In this document: piece after piece, positions 1 through 11,863 of the stretch | Position numbering within the stretch: position 1 is the first letter of the stretch | How the letters are laid out: each line of letters opens with the position of its first letter | Assembly (NCBI GenBank): GCA_003614675.1 | Contig: ML002409.1 | Coordinates: forward strand, 1 to 33,292 | Origin: Dimargaris cristalligena | Lineage: Eukaryota | Direction: 5' to 3' | DNA: 33,292 nucleotides | Notes under the pieces: generated by a model | What the model saw: only the letters and a program-made list of their open reading frames with translations | Database searches by the model: none | Told to the model about the DNA's origin: nothing | Position numbers and translations under genes: made by a program

Positions 1-1097
1 GGGGCCAATAGTAACCAAGCCCTTGCCAGTATCACCTTACTTCACCCTTTTTACGGTCCGGAGTCGGCCAGTGAAATATCAAGGAACCGCATCCCTTCTG
101 TCCCAGCTCCCGTTCCCATTTTTCGCCTTGCTATGTAACTTCAACCCTTGACTTGCGTCCCTTCCTTCGAAACAACAACAAAGAAAGGGGGAGCTGTGTC
201 CTACTAGAGCCCAAATCGGTCACTTCATGAACTTCGGAATCCTATTCAAATTATTCATAACCGGAATCAAGAGGGCTGGGTGACTCTGGCTTGAAGGTCC
301 TAAACCTAGGGATGTGGAAAATAGATTAGTCATCATTCTTGTGATGTAGTGAACTCAATGAAGCAACTCGCCGGCCTGTATTTTATGGTGATGCTTGACG
401 GGGTGGATGGACAAGTTTTCGGGGAAAATTGGCATGTAGCTAGTGGTTGGGATAGGTGGGAAAATGGTGAAATTAATATCAATAATACTACGAGGGATTA
501 GCGGCAAATAATATGGCTTGCTAAGGGATTTCTCCATGAATATCCGACGACTTTCTATTCTTCATAAATTTCCTGTGGTTTTTGTACGCTTATATGGATG
601 GTGAAATGGTATTAATGGTTTGCAAAAGGGGTATATATAGTAAAAATAGCATATGTAGAAATTGGCTATAAGCTAATGGTAGGGAAATATACTAGTGTAC
701 CAAATTTTTGGCCATGATAAGTCGCCAAATAAATGTTGACCCGAGTGCAGTAAGCTAACTTTGAACCATAGGAACCAGATGGTGGCGGGGATTGATATTA
801 TCCCCTAACAGTAAACTATGGTCAGTCAGCTGGGCTATACCTTTCAGATTCCCTATCAGTGGCGACCAGGGGATTGTTTAACTTTCCTGACACGCATTTT
901 ATATTATAGTCCTATTAGGGATGCGATTAGTGGGGCATTTGCGATGGTGGCTCTATATGAAAGAGGGACTGGATAGTTTACATCGGACTACGTTATTGAT
1001 GATAGGCATTAATGGTATTCATAGGCGGGTTAATATGTCTCGCAAATTGCCACTATTTATACGCCCAGTCATCCTACTCATCTCCTTTTTTATATAT
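1..1097 (+). repeat. Duplicated block A, copy 1 (direct-orientation homologue of 20195..21294); probably extends left of the window
   Basis: Collinear similarity by eye. 1 ggggccaatagtaaccaagc ~ 20195 gaggccaatagtagccaagt; tacgcttatatggat, gccaaataaatgtt and ctctatatgaaagagggactggatagttta are shared. Similarity ends at the ttttttatat run near 1090. Confidence 0.92.
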
Positions 1098-2048
1098 AGC
1101 ATTTATAGCACAGATGTAATAATCCAATATATTATATAAGTTGCTTAATACTATAGCCAGTATTGTCCAATTATATAATTCCATCCCGGAACTAGGTGAG
1201 CCCCGTAGTTGAGCGGTGGGCCATTGTTCCTACTTGGTCAACCGTAAACCGGCGGCCTCACTCGACTCGGAAAAGGCGAAGTTCCAAATCTCCGTATACG
1301 CATTAGTAGGTTTCCCGACTTGTCTTTTCCAATACTCCATGGTCCTGTGGAATATATGTTGGCTACTTCAACTAGCGGAAAAAGAAGAAAGCCCGGGGTA
1401 CTAGTCGCTCTGATATTTGACCACTTCTATTCATTAGCAAATATCTATATATCGGCTTTGAGAGGTGGAGGCAGTATGGAATAGGGTATAGGTAGCCCCA
1501 TAATAGTCGAAAGGTGGAGGCAAAACGTATCCGGCACCATTTTGCCGGACTTTTCACTTTGGAATGATGTAATTATGGGCCAACCTAGGCGTGCTGCTAT
1601 TCCATAATATATAATCGCCCATTAGCGTGCACGGCATAGTGCGGTTTTTCTCCGGCGAAGGAGGAGTTAGGAGTAGACGAGGGTGGGGCTCGAGTTGAGG
1701 CTCGGGGTCAACTCCATTCTTCACCGGGACAAGGTAGCGTTCAACCGAGAATTCCTGTATACCCTGCAAGCCAATGGCTTTTTATTAAAGGTTCAAACTC
1801 CATCACACCCGATCCGAGTGATTTTCTCTAACCATCACTAATCATACTACTATTTTCCCTGTGCATTGAAATAGCCAACGACCAGGCCAAGGAAAGTCGG
1901 CAAGGCAGGTCGCTCGTTGAATAAAAAATACCCCCGCCAATGGGTACATAAAACGAATAATTGGCGCTAAGGAAAATAGTCGGGTATTTCGAAACCGAAA
2001 GAGGGGAGGGGTGATGTATAGCAGTAGGCTTCCTTTGGATCACGCAGA

Positions 2049-2056
2049 TATAAATA
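2049..2056 (+). promoter_or_regulatory. Probable TATA box of secreted paralogue 1
   Basis: TATAAATA lies ~230 nt upstream of ATG 2281, inside cacgcagatataaatag, which is conserved in the paralogous promoter (19179..19186, - strand). Confidence 0.6.
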
Positions 2057-2280
2057 GCTATGGAAAGTCCCCCCTTCGACACTTATCTACATCTTGCCCA
2101 GACAAAGTAGCTTTATTTTGCCATCTCCCTCTGATAATAATTTCCTATATTAACTTAGCTGTTGTTCACATACGCCTGTTCATCGTGCCGTCCTTAGCCA
2201 TTTGGTACGTACAACATTTCCCCCGCCCCAAACTTTTCTCTTCGACCCCCGCTCATCGATACCCTGACAGCTTCTCTATT

Positions 2281-3372
2281 ATGAAGGTCAACATCGCTGC
2301 TATTGCCGTGGTCGCTACCGCCGGTGTATGTATGTCTACCGTTTCGGCCACTCCCCTATTAGGGTCTAGTAGCTCCAATACCAGCAGCGCTGCTGGAAAC
2401 CAAGTTACGGCTGAGAATATCCATCCTTACTGCGCGGCATTCATGAATGTCGCCAACAAGGGCCTGTCCGCCAAATACCGTGCAATTAAGCGTAAATTCG
2501 ATCTTTCATCTTATGGAACAGTCCAGGGAACGGGTCCAGGGAGCTCCACGCCATTCACCAAGGAAAAGCTGGCTGCTTTTGAGAAGCTTCAAGCCGTCTT
2601 TTCTGATGCCTACAAAGGTAAAACTAATGCTGCATTGGACGAGGTACCTAGTACCAATCCCGGCATGGTGAGCTACGCCCTAGAAGTCACGGCCAACGGT
2701 ATTCGTCCGTCACTCGTGAATGACCCCGGAATAGCTGGTTATTTCAAGGCCTATAGCCAAATGTCCAAAAATAAGCGCCCAACTCGCTATTTAATCCTCG
2801 ACTCCAAGAACCCCGTGGACATGGAGACCCAAAAATGGCTACAGGACTGCTATGGCGGCATCCTCGGGTCGCCCAACACCGCCAATGCCCCACTATACGT
2901 TCCGGTTAACGATAATATGATACCGTCAGTCGGCGGCAATTCCGATGGATACAATTCAACGCCCTCTGACCCAGCGTTGGCTACCGAAGGCAAGGTTGGC
3001 GACTCTAAACTTCCCACTGGCCAAGACCCGTCATCTATCAATGGCCCCAGCAATCCCTATCCCCCACCCCTACCTACCCATGTTCAACAATACAGTGCTC
3101 AACAGTCCCAGTCGAGCCAGCAGTTCAACGAATATAACGGAGCTTCCAATATTCCCAATTCTAACCCCCAGCACCTGTCTAACAATGGTCAACAGTATAG
3201 CAACCCTCAGTCCAATCCGGTTTGGCAGCCTTATAACGTTAACGGAGCTACGGCTGCTCCCTACGCCTACCCCGCACCTCCCACGACCCAGGGTGAGCAA
3301 TACAACACCCCTCCGCTCTACGTAAACCCGACCAATGGAAACTATATAAACCCCAGCACTGTGGCCATCTAA
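2281..3372 (+). CDS. Secreted protein, unrecognised 'PYC-NGIRP-YLILD' family, paralogue 1 (363 aa)
   Basis: ATG 2281 begins a signal-peptide-like N-terminus (MKVNIAAIAVVATAGVCMSTVSA|TP). A conserved two-Cys domain is shared with 17919..18929 and 10762..11684, followed by a P/N/Q/S/Y-rich tail. The ORF-track extension from 2011 overlaps the TATA box and is treated as UTR. Confidence 0.85.
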   Translation: MKVNIAAIAVVATAGVCMSTVSATPLLGSSSSNTSSAAGNQVTAENIHPYCAAFMNVANKGLSAKYRAIKRKFDLSSYGTVQGTGPGSSTPFTKEKLAAFEKLQAVFSDAYKGKTNAALDEVPSTNPGMVSYALEVTANGIRPSLVNDPGIAGYFKAYSQMSKNKRPTRYLILDSKNPVDMETQKWLQDCYGGILGSPNTANAPLYVPVNDNMIPSVGGNSDGYNSTPSDPALATEGKVGDSKLPTGQDPSSINGPSNPYPPPLPTHVQQYSAQQSQSSQQFNEYNGASNIPNSNPQHLSNNGQQYSNPQSNPVWQPYNVNGATAAPYAYPAPPTTQGEQYNTPPLYVNPTNGNYINPSTVAI

Positions 3373-6300
3373 AGTCTCAGCCAGTGTCATCTAAACTGGC
3401 CCCTGGGTTGCCTATGCTGGCTCAAATCCCAGTGGGCCAAACAGGAGCCACCCGTGGTACTAATGAGTCGGATTGTTTTCTACCAACTATCGATTGACAA
3501 TATGACTTACCAAGACAGCTAACGATGGGTTATTTAGTATAGTTTATTTATATACCTCGCTTTCTTTTACAATTTCAATTTATCTTGACAGACATACCTT
3601 CTGTATATACTAGTATATTCTTGCAGTGAGCTCTTCGGTGCAAGGGCACTTGATATTGACATGCCTTCTACGCCTATTTTTAAAACCAAAAACCCACATG
3701 GATGTCAATAAAACCAACTTAGCTATAGTTATAGCAACGTACTAGCTGTATATCAGTTATGTTAACGCCCAATCCCAGAAGTTTTGTTTTGAAAATATGG
3801 TATATAGTGTTACTTCTAATCCTGCGGCCGGGGCTAGCTCCGCCAACACCAATAAGTTTGTATCTATGCCAAAGGATGGTATGGCCGGGAATTGATGCAA
3901 CCAGGGGCATAGTCACTTAGAAACCCCGACCATTGGCACATATATATCCCTGTCCATCAGCACCAACGGCTCCAACCCACAAAACCTCTTGTCCTCGCCA
4001 ACTAGACTTATCAAGCACGGTTGTTGCCCTCTCATTTTCCAGGGCTACCTCAAGGCTTAATACCCATTAGGGTCGAACCTCACACTCACCATGCACTTTC
4101 AGCTCGCAGTGTAAAATCTGAATTGAATACGTGTAAAAGCTGCTCTGCTAACATGGTAATAATTCTTTACTTTACTAGCACTCCAATCGCTACTATATCA
4201 TTATATTTACTATCTATATCAATTGCAGCCAATGCTTAAGACAGACACAAATAAGGTAAGTGTGGGTGCTGCATGTCCGCAGTAGGGGGGGGGTGTTGTA
4301 TTATATCTTTATTCGGGAATGATCGAACGACTTTTTAGTATTTACCTTGATACCAGTGTAAAGGTGGTGGGCAAATCTACATACTACTTAGAAATCCCAT
4401 GCATAACTTAATTTTCTTATTTATTTATAATGTTTTCCCACTTGGCGGAATTGTTCATGGCCGGACCATCGATGCCGCCCATCCAACTTCTCTAATGTTA
4501 CTCAATGTAATCAAATGACCTTGGGAGGGGGCAGGGGACAAACAGCGGTCGACCGGAACAGATACAACATATGTGGGGGTAGTTCAACAAGGCTGTATAA
4601 CGAAAAATCCTTTTGATGAGGCAAACACTACTTGTTAAAAATAAACATACCACCAATTTTCCCCTACACATATCAGATAAAACCTTATATAACCGAGCTG
4701 AACTTCACCCATATTTTTAGACACTCAGTATTCTGTAACATACATATTTGGGTGACATTCATTACTGTATATCGAGCCACACTTGCCCTGAATTAATAGA
4801 CCACTGAAACAGTAATATGGCAGCTATAAATATTGCATATGGAAAAGGCATGCCCATGGGGCTTAGCGAATTTGGTGAGCGAATTGAGCTATTTTATTAG
4901 TAGATATATTTATTAATCGACTGAGATATAAAGTGATAAAAGAGGATACTAGCGAATGAATGTATTAATGAGTGAGTGGGAGTAATAGCCATCTGAGGGG
5001 CTCTACCTCGCCGAGTTATTTCTTTCTTTTAATATTGGAGAATACAGAGGCCTAAGTTGGGTTCTCCTCTATGGGGATTGTTTCTAATTGGAGGTGGTTC
5101 CACCCTGGCTGTATGCCCGTCAACGTGAACTACTTGGCCGATGCCAAGTGCTGCTGTTGGCTCAGTATTAACACCCACACATGTTAATTGCATGATTACC
5201 TGTTAAGAAAAATGCACAATTATGCCCCCCACAATTGGCTTTAAAGCAAATTACAGGTATGGGGTATACATGTCTATTCCCCCTTTGATGAGGATATGTA
5301 AGAGCCCAATATTGTAGGCAGGAGTGAGAGTTGGAAAACATTCTCCCGGGATTAGTAAATTAATGAATAGGGGTAAGCGGGTCATGGTGACAGGCGGCAG
5401 TCCGCCAGATATACATACATATCTATTACTAAGCTCTTGGCTCTGGAATTTTATTTGGGCAGGGTATGTATTGGAAATTGATTTATCCCGCCAACCAACT
5501 AAGTCCGTACCTTAGGCCAAGTGCCCTATGGTTGGGACGGTATTATATTGGCTAATATTTTCCACAAATAATTTTCTCAATCAAATTAACTGTAGAAATT
5601 TACCGTTCACATTGGGCATTGCAACGGCCTGGGCCCTTGGTTTCGTAATGATTCGGTGAGGTGCGTATCTATAAAATGATTCCGGCTTGAGAAATGCTAG
5701 GGGAGTGCATGCTGTTGTAGTGCCGTGAGACCACCACCGATTGGCTTTGGATATCTGGCTATCAGTTCAGCCGGTGGCTGTGATGACAGTATCGCCAATT
5801 ATCGATTATTTGAATAGTAATGACTGATATGACGATTTTATGAGGTCGATTTGAAACGTGGAATGTAACATTGCATATTTAAACGATTTCTTTGAGACCT
5901 TTAGTTCGAGAGCCCTCTTCGAAATAAATTGAAATTTTCTGTGTATACTTTTCCCTTTCTTTTACGATTTAGAGTCCTATGGCAATAATTATTTATTGAA
6001 ATAAATACTATATGCACAATACTGGCTCATCCTAATTATTTATTGTTTATTTAAATAATATATTTGTTATTACGTCTTATCCATCAGTCGTTTTTTTCTT
6101 GTCCGGCCAAAACCCCTCTCTGTCGGCCAGGACCCCATAGATCAGAGTCTGCAACTCCCAGGCGCATCCCCAAACCCGGCGCCGTGAGTGCCTATCCTGA
6201 CAGCAACTCATTAACATTATTGAGTGATTACTGCCTGCGACAATTTCCGGTATCGTAATCTTAGGAAGCCTACCCATTTGGACTTTTATCTGCTATTGTA

Positions 6301-7026
6301 CCGGTTAATTACTACACCATCAAGTATAAGAAAACTGGTGAGACATCTATTTTCAACCCGGCATGCCCATTTTAATAACCGGGGTTTTTTAAAAAAAATT
6401 ACAATTGGATTGAATTCATCCCAGATCTAACCTGAAACTATCAGTTACGTGTATACTATTTCCCGCTTCCCTCCGTAATCAGACAAAGTCTTTATTTTAT
6501 TATATTGGCGGCACATTAACAAATTGACTTATACACTCTCAATTTTAATAACCACACAGTATGCCCTTCTCGTGGCATCGTTATACTACTCACCGACCTC
6601 CTGTCCGGATTATCCAACTCCTGGTATCATATAGGAACTAGATTGAGGCTGTTCATTTGGGTTATAGATACCCTAAAATGTGCTGAGTCAATCAGCCAAA
6701 CAAGTGCCCACTTATTCAGACAAAAGTATACCATATTGTCCTATACTTCAACTTGTGATATAGAGCCCTTTACTTTTGTCTACCACTAAGCCGTCCATTA
6801 ATTAAGGCGTAAAAGGTACGGATTTTTATTTGGAAAAGAAAATTTCAGGGCTGCCTATACTAGTCAGCCCCCTAAAATCGCAGGTCTACTCTTTAGTTAA
6901 AGTATATGGACATAATATGCCTCACTGGGAAATGCCAAAACACACTAATGCTGTAAAAAATATGGAATGAGCCGGGAAAATCGACCCTTCTCTTCTGTTG
7001 ATTTTCTTGTTTGGGTATCCCTGCCG

Positions 7027-8310
7027 TTAATTACCACTGGCGATCCAATTTTTTATTTGAGCACCCCAGTTCCTTATGTAATTCAAGGGATTAGTACCTT
7101 GGTTATGCCACACCGAGAAAGTCGTGTACGTGTTGGTAAACGGCGCAGATTTTCCATCAGGCAGGCCGAGTACATAGCTACATAGAGGCTTGTTTAGCTG
7201 CATGTCCTTCAGTTCTTCAGCTGGTACCGGAGTTATGTTGAATATGCCATACAGATTATTCCTAGACCTAGCATAACCCATTACGCTGGCACACTCCGCG
7301 ACTATTTTGAACATGATAGATGATATGGGCGGTAGGTTTTTAGCAGTTAAAGTAGTGAGTGCCACCGTCTTCTCCGTTACGGACGGGTCATTAAGTCCGG
7401 CCACGATCATGGGCAGGCTACAGGTTTTGGTTGCACAATAGTTCAGTACTCTGACCCAACCCTCTCCCGTCGCGGACTCGGCGGCGATGGCCCATAGAAT
7501 TTTTTCAACCAAGATGGTTTGCATATAAGTAATAAATGCAATGCGATCCGAGTCTCCCGCTGGGGAACGGCCCACGGTAAGGTTAATCCAACGGGTCATC
7601 AGCTCATCACCATACGTATGCAACAACTCCTGGACGTTACTAACGTATTGTAAAACTTCCGCCGGATATTGGGCCGCGCACCGAAGGAGTGGGAACAACA
7701 TGGCCTTTTGGTTATCCGACACGCTAGTCCAATCGACTTCCTTGTATGGGGTCGGAGTTCCCGCCGCGGTAATAGTACCCCTGCTGGCGCTGAGGGTGAG
7801 ATGGGATTCAAGATCTTTGCGGATCCACCCCAGGTAATCATCCACTAGTTCAGGGTCGGCGGTTTTCGAATTGTTCTCCGTACCATCTTGTATTACTTGT
7901 TTAAATACAGCGGCCATGCCTTGAAGTTTTTGGCAGTTAAATGGTCCTTGTACGTCGGCCTAGCGGATTGAGCGATGTATAATAGACGACACAAGGGTGA
8001 GAGTTAATATATATATGCCAAATAAGATAAGTTGGTGTGTAGGGGTGGGCCCGTTTAGGCCGACTCGATAAATAAAGCTTCGGTATAGGTAGTAGTCTGT
8101 ATTGGCCGATAGGACAGGGCGCAGGCCGAGGTTACTTACATGGTGTTTTCTTTCATTGTTCAGCTCAGGGGCCACTTTACTTGGACTTTTTACGTCTTGA
8201 TAGTTCACCATGCGAAGAGGACGGACAAAATCACCACCTCCTCCGTACATACCTAAGACCATTTGACAAGCGGTGGCCATTAAGCCAACCGACAGGATAA
8301 TATAGTTCAT
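7027..8310 (-). CDS. Secreted orphan protein, two exons join(8310..8140, 7959..7027), ~367 aa (alternative ATG at 8331)
   Basis: Signal-peptide-like MNYIILSVGLMATACQMVLG. A phase-0 intron GTAAGT...ATTAAC...CTAG joins ORF 7960..8472 in frame to ORF 7027..7917 (..ERKHH|ADVQGPFNCQNFKGMAAVF..). No domain recognised. Confidence 0.8.
7960..8139 (-). other. Spliceosomal intron (180 nt) of the secreted orphan gene
   Basis: Donor GTAAGT at 8139, branch-like ATTAAC, acceptor CTAG at 7960. Splicing restores the frame. Confidence 0.8.
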
Positions 8311-8649
8311 TGAAGGGGCGTGCTTGGTCATTGTAATCTCGTCAATTGGACTGGATAAATGAACAGGTACAAGATGATTTTCCGGGACTGATGGGTTCAC
8401 CACGCTAACTGTGTGTCTTAATAAAATTATGGACAGGGAGTTGGCAGAGAATACAACGCAGCGGCTGTTCAAGGCGGGGTTTTCAAGATGAAATAAGTAA
8501 AATACCGTGTTGTTAATAATATGGTCTATAGAGGTGGGAGTGGTGGTGTGGAAGGAAGGAAGGAAGGGAAGCTGCCATGTGTACTTTTATATGTATATAT
8601 AAATATGTATGCATTCGTACGAAAAACCAAGGTTCATGTATAAGGATAT

Positions 8650-8671
8650 GGGGTTGGGGCTGGGGCTGGGG
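8650..8671 (+). promoter_or_regulatory. Putative four-tetrad G-quadruplex motif upstream of the secreted orphan gene
   Basis: GGGG-TT-GGGG-CT-GGGG-CT-GGGG lies ~45 nt upstream of a TATA-like AT tract (~8586-8605) of the - strand gene. Confidence 0.45.
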
Positions 8672-10761
8672 CTGGACGAGAGGTAGCGCGGAGGATGAAG
8701 TGACGCGGTATTCTCGTGGGTATACCCTAAACTACAATTTCAGCTAAAGAGCCCCTCTCATACTGTGAATAGGCCCCCTTGAAAATAGAATATGTGGGGA
8801 TACCGCGATCTCTGATTGGCTTATCCGGATACCTTGAGTAACGGTTCCCTCAAACAATCGGGACGGCCGGGTCGCATCGTGTAATTCTAGACCCTACCGC
8901 TTCCCATTGTATGTTTCACATATTTTGCTCTTTTTGAGAGACCATTGATTCGGCTCCCTTTTTTGGAACAACTTCATTATAAACACCTCACCTGTACGGG
9001 TATAACTGGTCAAACTGCCCTTTATTTGGAAAGCTGCTTCTTTTATTTAACTGTAGCGCCCCATGCCGTTCATTAGAACCGCTAAATTAGTTAGCCTTTA
9101 TGTACAGACCTATACAGCTAAATATAATATGGATAAGGCAGCAGAGGAGTTCTGCGGTTTAGTGTGTCGATGGGTAAAGAGTCCTACAGTCCCTTCTTGA
9201 CCGGCCTGCATGAATTAACCAAATCTATCCCGTTGAACCTCTTTCGGTTGTACCATATCTCTAAGCCTTTAGACTATTGGTTAGGGTAAAAGACATCAGC
9301 CGCATTACTCGCGAATAGCTTACGTTCTAATCGGATATCCCAATGGTACTGTGGCCTTGGTAAGATGTTTTTAAGCGAAGGAAAGGCTGGGCATGTCTTC
9401 AATTGTACTACATCCCTTCGGATAGGATGATTGGAATGGTCGGTCGGCCTCACCTCAACTCTACTCTACTCTACATTTCGGGATTTTATGGGTATTATTA
9501 TATATACCTAATGCCTGAATAGAACGGCCTATATTCGTGCTATCCCCTTCCTGCCTAAGCCTTAGGCGACCATGCTACTTGGCCAAAATTAGAATAGAGT
9601 TAATGAATAATAGCTTGGCATTTGGGCCTTCAGAGCTGAGCCCGATTTGGTGAACGGTCTACTAAATTTGGTATCTCCAAATGTTGGGCGGTAGGCCCAG
9701 GTGGTCCGTGTGGTCAATAAGACCACTTTTCTGGCTCTAAAAATATACCGCCTAAAAGGCACTCTGTAATGAGCCTAGGGGCCATGCGTATTGAGGGATT
9801 GGGTAGACAAGGAAGCAATATCTCGGCTGGTGAAGGGTGTACAGAACAGGGCCATGCCACTACCTCGATGGAGCACAGTAAACTAGACCAATTAAATGAT
9901 ACCGCCGATTATAAAAATATAAAGGTGTAATGGCAGCCATTAGTTATTACCACTATTTTTTGGGAGGAGGGGGAGAAGCACTCGCTGTGTGTAAGAGCTA
10001 GACTAGGGGTTAATAGCGGTACCCGAAAATAAAGCTAGCCAAAGGCAACCGAGGCAAAGGGAAACATAGTAAAACAATGCCAAGGAGAGCAGTTGGCACT
10101 AACAACCGTCGAAGGGACATGTAATTAGATAGTTGTCCTGGATATAGTAATATACATGGGGCATGATAGAGGGGGACATTCTTTAAAGATAAGGCAACAG
10201 CAAGCACATGTGTGGCTAGAGATCCGCGCCTGTGTATGTTAGATTGGGTACGGGGAAATTAGCTAGTGTGGCGTATATTATGACTTGACTATCAACAGCG
10301 TATGCGTCTACTTTATAGTTATTTCCTCCTCCTAGCAAGCCTGGTGAATTGGGAGGGAGCTTTTTAGCTGGCTAGTCAGTCGAATTTTCCAACCGAGCAG
10401 CGCGAAGCAAGGCTTGCCCTCTTATTGTGACTCTGTTCATGGTGGGTATATGCCTGACACGTTGTTTTATTTACAGCGGCGTTGGGCTATAGGGGCCAAG
10501 TCTTGATTCGGATACTTGGTCCAGGAAAGATTCTATGCAAAGATATGACCACCGAGCAGCCCTTTAAAAACTAAATATCTGAGAAATACCTCTGCGCGTG
10601 GCATTAGGCAAGTGAAAAATATAATCTATGCTATAGGAGACTGTCTACTGTCTCCGACAAATATTCTACTATTTAAGTGTGTCCAGTTGGGGGGAAGCGT
10701 CATTCAAAGTACTGAGGGAGAGGGGGCATACAATGGGCTGGGACGCTGGGATTCCGTTGAT

Positions 10762-11684
10762 TTAAGCGGTAACTAACGTTGCCGGGTCGGGCGGAGGGTA
10801 GCCATAGCTATTGCCCAACACTGGAGCAAGCTGCTGGCTGGTGTTTGGCCCCGGCTGGTTATATTGGTTAGTTTGCGATACAGGCATTCCCATACTCTGG
10901 GGGGGATAGGCATCTCTATGGATGGGAGTGGGAGGGGGTGCAATATAGCCTTCAACAAGCGGGGAAAGCCCTAGAGGGTGATTAGTTTGGGCGACGGGGT
11001 TGTATTTGGTGTTGGTGCTGGGTGCACCCGGAGTGAAGGACTGATGCCCCGGATTCAGCGGAAGATATTGATTAGGAGTCGTTGCCATTGGCTTTACTGC
11101 ATTTTTTTATACGTGGCAAAAATATCCCCCATTTTTTCCGTGTCAGCCAAGGCCTTATAGCAGTGGCCAATCAACGCCATGGCCACCTGGTGTCCGGGAA
11201 TGCGACGGTCCAAAATAAGGTATTTTTCCGGTTTCTCGCCGGCCATTTTCGTCACACTTCGAAAGACCCCCGCGTCAAAAGTATCCTGAGCCACACGGGG
11301 TCGAATGCCATTGGGAGTTCGCGTGAGCGCAAAACTCACGTGGCCCTGCTCTTTGCTAGGGGCATCGGCCAGGTGTTCACCGCCGACTCCTTTGTAGCCG
11401 TTTCGAAAGGCCTTTAGCAGCAGTTTATAAGCAGCATCGTACGAGGCGGACATGCCACTGAAGCCAAGTTTCAGTTTGAGGCTGAGGTAAACGCTGCGCA
11501 ACTTAGCCCGCAGCTTGGGACGCCGGATATTGAAAAGGGGCTCACAGTAGGGTCGAAGCGGAATATCGGGGACAGTGTCACTGGATGGGAGGGGTTTGTG
11601 GAAGCCTAGAAATGGAGAGGACGACACGGTGGTCAGCATTATGGCCATAGCAACGCCAACCAGGGCGACCGTACCTAGTTTCAT
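10762..11684 (-). pseudogene. Secreted 'PYC-NGIRP-YLILD' family paralogue 3, frameshifted at an A7 run (196 aa as written; ~307 aa if A8)
   Basis: Signal peptide MKLGTVALVGVAMAIMLTTVSS; motifs RPYC, GYKG, SFALTRTPNGIRP, PEKYLILD, HCY. One extra A in the run at 11102..11108 fuses ORF 11094..11684 with ORF 10762..11088 (..YKKNAVKPMATTP..), restoring the P/N/Q/Y tail seen in the paralogues. It could equally be an intact gene with a homopolymer sequencing error. Confidence 0.7.
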
Positions 11685-11862
11685 GGTTGCAAAGATGCAG
11701 GAATCTCACCTCGGAAAAATAGAGAAGCCAAGGGGGCTACTCTAAACAACGCAGTAGATATAACCGGAAATGGGCAAATAATAAATGAACAATTTAACCA
11801 AGAAGCTGTTAAAAGGGAGCAAAGTACCTAAACTAGGAATGCAAGGGAAATGCAGCAGTAGG

Positions 11863-11863
<1 letters not shown>

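Larger units (their letters stand above)
1178..3530 (+). repeat. Duplicated block B, copy 1 (promoter + secreted-protein gene + 3' flank); inverted homologue of 17760..20064
   Basis: 1178 attccatcccggaactaggtgagccccgtagtt matches the reverse complement of 20064..20032. ccaaggaaagtcggcaaggcaggtcgct ~ revcomp near 19320-19345. The 3' flank ccagtgggccaaacaggag ~ revcomp near 17842-17860. Confidence 0.92.

Noticed and set aside
1105-1120. tagcacagatgta resembling a mariner excision footprint (left end gcacag + right end tgta) near the A/B junction of locus 1
   Set aside because: Too short, offset from the point where homology ends, and not a canonical TA-3nt-TA footprint; could be chance.
921-1139. 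Small ORF MRLVGHLRWWLYMKEGLDSL.. also present at 21111..21362
   Set aside because: The similarity is explained by the block A duplication. Differences are largely non-synonymous, the C-termini differ and no domain is recognisable.
1790-1801. GGTTCAAACTCC, Pol III B-box/tRNA T-loop-like
   Set aside because: No cloverleaf or A-box, spacing is off, and it is not conserved in the duplicated copy.
2011-2280. N-terminal ORF extension of paralogue 1 (and 18930..19073 of paralogue 2)
   Set aside because: Non-ATG starts; the paralogue 1 extension overlaps the conserved TATA box; the signal peptide begins at the downstream ATG in both copies.
4569-4714. Imperfect inverted repeat (atatgtgggggtagttcaac / gctgaacttcacccatat) suggesting a MITE
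   Set aside because: Needs gaps and mismatches, no clear target-site duplication, single copy in the window.
11096-11112. GT...AG micro-intron that might bypass the stop in paralogue 3
   Set aside because: Only 16-21 nt, and removal does not restore the tail reading frame.
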